From an uncultured Desulforapulum sp. (lineage in GTDB: Bacteria; Desulfobacterota; Desulfobacteria; Desulfobacterales; Desulfolunaceae), in assembly GCA_964637565.1 (NCBI GenBank), contig CAZWTY010000011.1:459-64458 (forward strand): 64,000 nucleotides of DNA, written 5' to 3'. The translations under genes were made by a program, and so were the position numbers. Positions within the stretch are counted from its first letter, which is position 1. Every line of letters starts with the position of its first letter. The notes beneath the pieces were generated by a model. The model was not told the DNA's origin, searched no databases, and saw only the letters and a list, made by a program, of their open reading frames with translations. Of this stretch, positions 54,186-62,355 are shown piece by piece.

Positions 54186-55487
54186 TCAATACATCGTATC
54201 ACAAAAAACGAATTTTGTCTCTCCAGCTTTTACTGAAATTTTGTTGAGATCTTTTCTGTAACCATCGCACAGTTCAATATTGATTTGATATTCTCCGGGT
54301 GGGACAAAAGATCGTGCAATGTATATTTCCCCGGGAAGGGTCCGCCAGGATCGGGTGTCTGCTCTTTCCAGGGCGCTGGCTGCGACATTCCCTGCGATGT
54401 TGGCCATAAGGCCTGCCATGGCGCCGTAATGCTTTTCCATTTCTTTTGAGCTGGCCTGAACAACGGCCTGTTTTGCAACGGCCCTGGCAATTGCCTTGGC
54501 TGTGATTCTGAATTTTCTGTCTTCGAGATCCTTCACGGCTATACGGTTGATATCTTCGAACAATTCCGTTTCAACCTCGCATGAGTGGGCAGGAGAACTG
54601 AGAATCATTCGGCTGGTTCTGCAGGCAGGAGGGTTCACAGAATAGTCAGGAAAGGCGATGCTGATGGGACCTGTTGCCGTAACTACAGAGAATTTGTTTT
54701 CAATCTTCACGGGTGCTTTTCCATTTAAATGAACGAGGATGATTTTACCTAATGTACGTGACGTTCGGTGATCTATCATCCCGATATTTCTTTCACCGGG
54801 CACAAGCTTTATGGCTTCTGATTTTCTGTCGGCTGGAATGGAGACACGCAAGAGATCTTCGAGAAGGTAGTTCGGTGTGGGCGTCCCGTAAGCTTCCTCA
54901 TAATTTTTAAACGCTTTGAGCGCGTCATGATAAAATATATAGGCTTCACTGAATTCTTTATCTGCTTCCGAAAGAACACCGCTGATGTAACGACCCAATG
55001 CGTCTTCTTTATAGACGTTTTTCTTTTCATATTGAGCATTATATTCGCTGAGAATGATGTCAAGTCTTCTGCAATCTGCCATGGCTTCATCGAATTCACC
55101 GAGTTTGATATAGCTGAAAGCAGAGAATAGACAGATCATCGCTCTTTCAAAGTCCTCGCCCCGGTAGGGAAGGATGAAGTCGTTGGTTACAAACGACGCA
55201 GCTTCTTTTGAAAAGCTCTTGGTCCATAGATCTTGGGCAAGATGGTCCGCGTTCTGAAAAAAAAGAGTGGCTTCCTTTGGATCGTCGCACTGAAAATGAA
55301 TCATACCTGAATCAAGCATGTGAATCAGCAAGGCTTTTGGCCCATAGGCCTGTTGAGAATTTTTCAGTAACTCGATAGAACCCGGGCAATCTTTTGATGC
55401 CATGGCGTTTTGCAATGAATCATAATTGAACTTCGGTGCGCAACTGGAAACACAAAGGAAAATCAGTAAGACGAAAAAATTTTTCAT
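54186..55487 (-). CDS. Lipoprotein with TPR-like N-terminal half (resembles COG3014-type proteins)
   Basis: Starts at the ATG at 55487 ('MKNFFVLLIFLCVSSC'). 'YRGEDFERAMICLFSAFSYIKLGEFDEAMADCRRL'. 433 aa. The family assignment is from memory only. Confidence 0.5.
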   Translation of the reverse strand: MKNFFVLLIFLCVSSCAPKFNYDSLQNAMASKDCPGSIELLKNSQQAYGPKALLIHMLDSGMIHFQCDDPKEATLFFQNADHLAQDLWTKSFSKEAASFVTNDFILPYRGEDFERAMICLFSAFSYIKLGEFDEAMADCRRLDIILSEYNAQYEKKNVYKEDALGRYISGVLSEADKEFSEAYIFYHDALKAFKNYEEAYGTPTPNYLLEDLLRVSIPADRKSEAIKLVPGERNIGMIDHRTSRTLGKIILVHLNGKAPVKIENKFSVVTATGPISIAFPDYSVNPPACRTSRMILSSPAHSCEVETELFEDINRIAVKDLEDRKFRITAKAIARAVAKQAVVQASSKEMEKHYGAMAGLMANIAGNVAASALERADTRSWRTLPGEIYIARSFVPPGEYQINIELCDGYRKDLNKISVKAGETKFVFCDTMY

Positions 55488-55566
55488 GAGCCCCCATCTC
55501 ATTCAAAGAAACACGTGTGCATGTTTTCGTTATCGTTGTGAAAGTTCCCCGGATAGTTTGGCGGTT

Positions 55567-56169
55567 TTAAAAACCGATCCGGCTTTGCTTGATCAGTTTT
55601 TTTATTTTTTTCTCGCCTATCCAGACTTTTCGGTTTTTTGAAATATCAATGAGAGTGAGGTTGATCTGGTAAAATTTGACGGATTTTCCCCCTTCCTTGT
55701 TGATGATGCTGTTCAGTTCGCCATTAAGCATGAAATCGGCGCCAATCTCTTCACCGTCATACTTTGCCGTGTCCTCACTGGCGTTTGATGCCTGGTCGAA
55801 ACGTTCGTCCCTGATTTCATCGCGTTCACTTTTTCCGGCGACAAAATCAATCTCACCGGAATTCAGCAACGCTCTTTCAAGATCACGGACAAAGGTTCGT
55901 ACGTTGATATGTTCATGGCTTCTGTTTTTCACAGATCCAATTATAACGGTCGGGTTCTTCTGGTTATTGCTTTGTTTGAATTGGCTCAACCAAGGCCTCT
56001 CCAGTGCGTCCTCAATCATCTCTTCGGCGACGAGTCTTGAATCCGTGTCATTCCATTTGTCCCCCACATCCGTTACCGCGTCTGTTTCAACCCGGCTGGT
56101 CGTGACGGTCTGGCAACCTGAGATTATCAATGAGACGCAGATTGAGAACAGGAAAAAAAATTTTTTCAT
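55567..56169 (-). CDS. LpoB-like (COG3417-type) lipoprotein
   Basis: Lipobox 'IISGC'. 'PTVIIGSVKNRSHEHINVRTFVRDLERALLNSGEIDFV...ADFMLNGEL...INLTLIDISKNRKVWIG' parallels the LpoB core pattern. Confidence 0.6.
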   Translation of the reverse strand: MKKFFFLFSICVSLIISGCQTVTTSRVETDAVTDVGDKWNDTDSRLVAEEMIEDALERPWLSQFKQSNNQKNPTVIIGSVKNRSHEHINVRTFVRDLERALLNSGEIDFVAGKSERDEIRDERFDQASNASEDTAKYDGEEIGADFMLNGELNSIINKEGGKSVKFYQINLTLIDISKNRKVWIGEKKIKKLIKQSRIGF

Positions 56170-56483
56170 GGCTGAAACATCTCCTTCTTATCAATGATTA
56201 TGTGATAATAAAAAAACGATTCTAAATTAGCGCATTATCATCATTTTTTAAAGTTATTGATGAAAAAAATAGCATTTTTTTCGATTTGAATCATAGTCGA
56301 TCCGTTGATCAATGTATGTGAAATTCATTGCATGTCATCAACAGCCAAAATATTTATATGAAACATATCGGCCGGGCATGGGGTGATATTGACAAAAAAT
56401 GGTTTTCAAGGGGATCTTTTTGTGATGTGTTTTTGAATCAATTACATCGAATAATGAGTTAACATATTGAAATAAATATAATA

Positions 56484-56519
56484 ACCGCCCTCCTTGTGAG
56501 GTTTAAAAAGGAGGGCGGT
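56484..56519 (-). terminator. Strong hairpin downstream of the 116-aa gene
   Basis: ACCGCCCTCCTT / 12-nt loop / AAGGAGGGCGGT, a perfect 12-bp stem that starts 5 nt after the stop on the minus strand. Confidence 0.6.
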
Positions 56520-56524
56520 ATCTT

Positions 56525-56875
56525 TCAAAGAACGCGAGAAACGTTGATATCTTCAACCACAAAAGGCGTCGCATGGATGCCGACGCTTCCTTTTTTAACC
56601 CAGATCCGGGCGGTGGTGGCTGTTTCCCCATCAATGGTCACTGCATTGGAGAGCCGCTCGACATAGGATATGTCCTGAAGGTTGAATTCGTAATACGTTG
56701 GATGCGTTCCAAAAAGATCGGAAACAAGGATGATCTTGTTGTCACGATCCGGATGTTTGCGCGGAGAGCCTGAAAAACAGACGTGGTTTTTCCTGAGTGA
56801 AGAAATGTCCTGTTTTTCATCAAAGATTTGAATGTCGAATTTCTCTTTAAGCTGCAATAAATGATCAATGGGCAT
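56525..56875 (-). CDS. Hypothetical protein (116 aa)
   Basis: The ATG at 56875 is preceded by GGAGG with a 7-nt spacer. I recognise no motif. Confidence 0.5.
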   Translation of the reverse strand: MPIDHLLQLKEKFDIQIFDEKQDISSLRKNHVCFSGSPRKHPDRDNKIILVSDLFGTHPTYYEFNLQDISYVERLSNAVTIDGETATTARIWVKKGSVGIHATPFVVEDINVSRVL

Positions 56876-57033
56876 TTTAAAACCTCCGAAACCGATGATG
56901 TAGCCAACCCTGACAGCGGGAAGAAAATACCATGGGACATTCATAGCACAACGAAAAAACATAATTCAAATGATTTTGAGCATCGAATTTCATCTGAAAG
57001 CGCTGTGGAGTAGATGAAATATAGGAGGGGGTC

Positions 57034-57765
57034 TTAGCCATTGATTCTGTCAAGAAATTTCAGTTTCAATTTTTTCGCCCCCTCGAAAACAGCCCCGTTT
57101 GTTATTTTGTATTGTACGATTCCGCTTTCAGGAAGGATGGCCCTGCTCTCAGCTTCGGATGTGACGGATTCGTTGGATAAAATTACATTTTCCTTGATGT
57201 CGATCAGGGAATACTCAACTTTTGTGAATATTTTGATGGTCTGGGTCTCCAGAAAAAAATAGGGCATACCCAGGCCAAAAATGGTCGGAATGGTCCATCC
57301 GTTATGGTAACGGTAAACGTTCGAAAAGGAATTGAGAACAAGGACATACCTGGCCTGTTGTCTTGCCCCCATCAGACGAAGGGTTGAAAGATTGGGAAGG
57401 GACGAGACAGCGATGACCTCAACCTGGGTCAGGTTGTTTTCTTTTTTCTGGATTTCCTGTTTGAATTCATCAAAAAAAACGGTATCGATTCCGGTAAGGT
57501 TGTTGATAATCAGGAGTTTGCCTTTTTCAATGAAAAAAGAGCTTTTCATGGATGTTTTCTGGCTGATCCCCGCTTCATGGCCGCTGAGCAGCATTTCGAG
57601 TTTTTTTTCAAATTCAGGATCGTTCTTATCTTCTTTGTCTGACGGAAACAGCGTGGATGTAATGGTTTTGTTTTCAGGGTAAAATTTGGGTTCAAGGGCA
57701 CCACAGGATGAAAATAGCAGGCCGGCAAGAATCGCAAGGACAATCGGTCGGATTGTGTGAGCCAT
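57034..57765 (-). CDS. Hypothetical lipoprotein (243 aa)
   Basis: Signal plus lipobox 'LAGLLFSSC'. No recognised domain. Confidence 0.55.
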   Translation of the reverse strand: MAHTIRPIVLAILAGLLFSSCGALEPKFYPENKTITSTLFPSDKEDKNDPEFEKKLEMLLSGHEAGISQKTSMKSSFFIEKGKLLIINNLTGIDTVFFDEFKQEIQKKENNLTQVEVIAVSSLPNLSTLRLMGARQQARYVLVLNSFSNVYRYHNGWTIPTIFGLGMPYFFLETQTIKIFTKVEYSLIDIKENVILSNESVTSEAESRAILPESGIVQYKITNGAVFEGAKKLKLKFLDRING

Positions 57766-57800
57766 GGCAAATCCCCCTTGTTTTTAATATGTTAAGATCA

Positions 57801-58862
<1,062 letters not shown>

Positions 58863-58951
58863 TTAATATAATTTTTTGTAACCTTTTTGATTTTTCCGGT
58901 TCCTTATGTTCAAAAATGTTTCATGTTAAAAAATGTAGCCAGAGGTTTTTT

Positions 58952-59944
58952 ATGACATCCATTTCACGACGATCCTTTATCAAAGGAACAGCAGCTCTTC
59001 TCTGTTCAACAGCTGTTCCTGGCCTGGCCGAAAGTGCCGGTAAGATCAACCAGGAACCTCTTGCCACCCTTCATGATCTGAGAAAATGCGTTGGGTGCGG
59101 AGAGTGTGTGGAAGCCTGCCGTGAAGAGAATCAACGTTATTTTCCTGAACCTTCAAAGCCTTTTCCACGCATGCGCCCTTCACGTGTCAAGGCTGAAGAC
59201 TGGTCTGACATGAGAGAGGAGAGAAGCCGGCTGACACCCTATAACTGGCTGACTATCCAGCAGGCAGATGTGACGACGGGCCAGGGCGATCTTACGGTGT
59301 TCATCCCGAGGCGCTGTATGCACTGCGTCAACCCGCCTTGTGTGAAACTCTGTCCATGGGGAGCCGCATACCAGAAGAAAAACGGCCTTTCTGTGATCAA
59401 CCCGGATATCTGTCTTGGAGGGGCGAAATGTCAAAACGTTTGCCCATGGGATATCCCTCAGCGACAGACCGGAGTCGGCCTTTATCTCGATATCCTTCCA
59501 TCCCTTGCGGGCAACGGTGTTATGTACAAATGCCATCGATGTTACGAAAAAGTTGCCATGGGGGCGAATCCGGCATGTATCGATGTCTGCCCTGAACATG
59601 TTCAAACGATCGGCCCCAGGAGTGAAATTGTGGCGAAAGCTCATGAAATTGCCCGTGAAACAGGGGGATACGTTTACGGTGAACTTGAAAACGGTGGCAC
59701 TAACACAATCTATGTATCGCCTGTACCTTTTGATCTTTTGAATCAGGCAATCCAGAAAGGGAAGGGACTTCCTGATCTTGATCGAAAAAAGGATGTCATG
59801 GCGGATGGAAACGCAATGGCCACCGCTCTTTTCTTCTCTCCGATTGCAGGTGTTGTGGCGGCGGTTTCGCGTTTTATTTTCACGATGAAAAAAACGACTG
59901 GCAACGAATTGATGACACAGAAAGAGGAGTCCCATGAATCATAA
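58952..59944 (+). CDS. TAT-exported 4x[4Fe-4S] ferredoxin-type subunit (NrfC/PsrB/HybA-like) with C-terminal TM anchor
   Basis: Twin-arginine 'SRRSFIKGTAALL'. Cys clusters 'CVGCGECVEAC', 'CMHCVNPPCVKLCP', 'CLGGAKCQNVCP' and 'CHRC...CIDVCP'. C-terminal hydrophobic helix. Confidence 0.8.
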   Translation: MTSISRRSFIKGTAALLCSTAVPGLAESAGKINQEPLATLHDLRKCVGCGECVEACREENQRYFPEPSKPFPRMRPSRVKAEDWSDMREERSRLTPYNWLTIQQADVTTGQGDLTVFIPRRCMHCVNPPCVKLCPWGAAYQKKNGLSVINPDICLGGAKCQNVCPWDIPQRQTGVGLYLDILPSLAGNGVMYKCHRCYEKVAMGANPACIDVCPEHVQTIGPRSEIVAKAHEIARETGGYVYGELENGGTNTIYVSPVPFDLLNQAIQKGKGLPDLDRKKDVMADGNAMATALFFSPIAGVVAAVSRFIFTMKKTTGNELMTQKEESHES

Positions 59945-60386
59945 AATCTTTAAGATCGCCCTGAAGGCGGCATTTTTTATGCTGCTGCTTTCGGGGTTCG
60001 CCCAGATGCCAATATTTAAAAGGTACTATATAGCGGATATTCCGGGTTTCGGTTGGCTTGCGGATTTTGAACTGACACATGCCCTTCATTACGGTTTTGC
60101 CATTGTATTCTGCCTATTGTTTTTTTATCATGTTACTTTGGAGATGCTGGTAAAACGATACACTTGTCTTACAAAAAAGCAGGTTACGGATACGCTGATC
60201 AACCACGGCCTTACCATCGGGATCGTGAGCACGGGGATGATCTTGGTTTTGAAAAATTTTCCGGGTTACCATATGGCTCCCGAGGTGATTGTAGGCCTTG
60301 ACATCATGCACCTTGGTCTCGTGATGACCCTCCTGGGATACAAGGCTTTGGGTTTTGTTCGGTTGAAATACGCTCGACAATCGTGA
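59934..60386 (+). CDS. Small integral membrane protein (4 TM), putative quinone-interacting/cytochrome b-like partner
   Basis: 150 aa and hydrophobic, with conserved-looking His in TM segments ('THALHYG', 'FFYHVT', 'MHLG'). An 11-nt overlap with the Fe-S gene. Confidence 0.55.
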   Translation: MNHKIFKIALKAAFFMLLLSGFAQMPIFKRYYIADIPGFGWLADFELTHALHYGFAIVFCLLFFYHVTLEMLVKRYTCLTKKQVTDTLINHGLTIGIVSTGMILVLKNFPGYHMAPEVIVGLDIMHLGLVMTLLGYKALGFVRLKYARQS

Positions 60387-60405
60387 TGAAAACATGGAGG
60401 TACCG

Positions 60406-60549
60406 ATGAAAAGTGTTCTGTTGTTTCTGGGATTTATTGGGTTATGGGTTCTGCTTCAAACCGTCATTCTTCCCAAAATGGGAATAAGCACCTGAATGCG
60501 CGATGCCTGCCAGGTGGCAGACATGAAAAAAAATGACGATAAAAAATGA
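60406..60549 (+). CDS. Mini-ORF for a single-TM peptide: 29 aa if UGA 60493-60495 terminates, 47 aa if it is decoded as Sec
   Basis: GGAGG RBS (60396-60400), then ATG 60406: MKSVLLFLGFIGLWVLLQTVILPKMGIST-[UGA]-MRDACQVADMKKNDDKK-stop. The extended stop (60547-60549) overlaps the ECF sigma ATG (60546) as ATGA. The ORF is below the track's size cut-off. Confidence 0.35.
60503..60524 (+). other. SECIS-like hairpin 8 nt downstream of the in-frame UGA
   Basis: AUGCCUGCC-AGGU-GGCAGACAU, a 9-position stem with one C/A mismatch. The loop GGU falls at +21..+23 from the U of UGA, versus G22 G23 U24 in the E. coli fdhF SECIS. Confidence 0.35.
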
Positions 60550-61148
60550 AAAAAACCTCAACACACGAAGAGGACCTGAGACTCATTGACGGGATACGGC
60601 ATGGTAAACCAGGGTTGTTCCACCGTATCATGGAAAAATACCAGGTTAAAATTTATAATTTCGGTCTGAAAATCTGTCCCACGGCTCAAGACGCCGAGGA
60701 CCTGGTTCAGGAGAGTTTTTTTAACGTATTCAAATACCTGAAAGACTTCAGGCAGGAGATGTCATTTAAAAACTGGCTTTACCTGATTGCCTCATCCGTG
60801 TGTCACAAAATGAAACGGAAATCAAAATTTGCTCCTGAGCGAGAGCTTTCGCTGGAAGAGTTCATGCCCTCCCATTCCGGCCTTGACATGGAGAGTGTTC
60901 CGGAATGGGCGGATGAACCGGTTGAAAAACTGCTAAACCTTGAGCTTGCTGAAAAAATTCAGACCGCTGTCTCAAATCTTCCGACAGACTATCGCCTCGT
61001 TCTTGTGCTCAGAGACGTGGAAGGCTTTTCAACACAGGAAACCGCTGGTATCCTTGGAATATCATCCCCCACCGTTAAGGTCCGCCTCCACAGAGCCCGT
61101 CTTTTTTTACGGGAAGCTTTGAAGGAGTATTATGATCACTCATCCTGA
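60546..61148 (+). CDS. ECF (group 4) sigma-70 factor
   Basis: 200 aa. Region 2 'AEDLVQESFFNVFK' and region 4 'VLVLRDVEGFSTQETAGILGISSPTVKVRLHRAR'. Confidence 0.9.
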   Translation: MKKTSTHEEDLRLIDGIRHGKPGLFHRIMEKYQVKIYNFGLKICPTAQDAEDLVQESFFNVFKYLKDFRQEMSFKNWLYLIASSVCHKMKRKSKFAPERELSLEEFMPSHSGLDMESVPEWADEPVEKLLNLELAEKIQTAVSNLPTDYRLVLVLRDVEGFSTQETAGILGISSPTVKVRLHRARLFLREALKEYYDHSS

Positions 61149-61392
61149 AACGAAAGACGATCATTCGTTTTGCAGATCGTGCTTTGAACGCCTTTCAGAA
61201 TATATCGACCATGAACTTGGGGACAGTGGAATGGACGAAATTAAAAATCATCTTGAAAATTGCATCTGCTGTACGGCGTGTTACAGTACTTTGAAAAAAA
61301 CAGTGGAAATCTGCGGAAAATTGAATGACAAACCGGTCCCCACGGGATTTGCATCACGATTGAGATCTTTTTGCGAAAAAATGAACGGGTAG
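61132..61392 (+). CDS. Cytoplasmic zinc-binding anti-sigma factor (ZAS, RsrA-like)
   Basis: 86 aa with no TM. 'HLENCICC' (H-x3-C-x2-C) plus upstream 'CRSC'. A 17-nt overlap with the sigma gene. Confidence 0.8.
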   Translation: MITHPETKDDHSFCRSCFERLSEYIDHELGDSGMDEIKNHLENCICCTACYSTLKKTVEICGKLNDKPVPTGFASRLRSFCEKMNG

Positions 61393-61449
61393 ACGGATCA
61401 AGACGCGGTGCTGACGTTTATCTGGGAGAGGGGAATGCCTCTTATGAGG

Positions 61450-62355
61450 CTACAAGCCCGGCATAAGCCAGGATATGGCGACGATGAACACGGCCAACAC
61501 CAGAAGGATCCATTGCAGATCGTTGTTTGAGGCGGCGTTTCTGAAAAGCAGGACGTCGATGGCCCCAAGAACTCCTCCGGCGCAAAATCCAAAAAAATGG
61601 GCCAGGACATCTGTCTGCTCACTTGATCCCAGAAGACCGAGCAGGGCGAGACCGGCTCCAACAGGAAGCAGCGCTTTGATCCGGGGCGCTTTTTCCCTGA
61701 AAAGACGGGTGGCTCTGATGGTCGAGAGAATTCCCACAGCCCCGAAAACCGCAGTGGATGCTCCAATGGAAATATGTTCAGTCTGGTAAAAGAAGGCGTT
61801 TGCCAGGTTTCCTGCCGTACCAGAAAGAAGAACCATCAGCCATCCTGTCCCCAATCCACAGATGCTGACAACCGCGGAACAGAATAAAACGATTCAGGCC
61901 ATGTTTCCTGCAAGATGAAGTGTGTCGCCATGGAGGAATAGGGCGGTGACGCTGAGGTGCCATGAGCCGTCCACAATTCGTTCCGCTGATGAGCCGAATC
62001 GTTGAACGATCTCCGCATGATACGCATCGCTGGAAGATGTTTTTAAATGAACGAGGAGAAGCAGGGTGGCGATGAAGAGACCGCTGGCCGATTTGTTGAA
62101 CTTGTCCAAAGACGGTTCGATGCTTTCCTGGAGCTGGTTTTCTTCACTGTAAAGCAGCAGAACATGGTTTGCTTTTGTTTCGTTACGGATATCGACCAGA
62201 ATATCAATGGCCTGATCGTCAGTTCGGACGAATTTGTAGGGGATTCGTTGTGACGCAAGAACAAGCCCAACCGTGTCGGCCTCTTCAACCGTCAGGCCAT
62301 GAAGCAGAACTGTTTTTTCCGGGAGTTCATATGTACTGATCTTTGACTCCTTCAA
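61450..62355 (-). pseudogene. Rhomboid-family protease interrupted by a single in-frame TGA (61894-61896)
   Basis: Upstream ORF ends '...ALFLHGDTLHLAGNMA*' (HxxxxHxxxN). The same frame continues 'IVLFCSAVVSICGLGTGWLMVLLSGTAGNL...GASTAVFGAVG...AHFFGFCAGGVLG'. The downstream track ORF begins only at a TTG. Confidence 0.6.

Noticed and set aside
61830-61896. Selenocysteine decoding of the in-frame TGA in the rhomboid gene
   Set aside because: Downstream RNA shows only a weak 5-bp stem (UCCGC/GUGGA) with a 14-nt loop and no GGU apical loop at the expected distance. The affected position is not catalytic and is commonly Trp (TGG). A nonsense mutation or sequencing error is more parsimonious.
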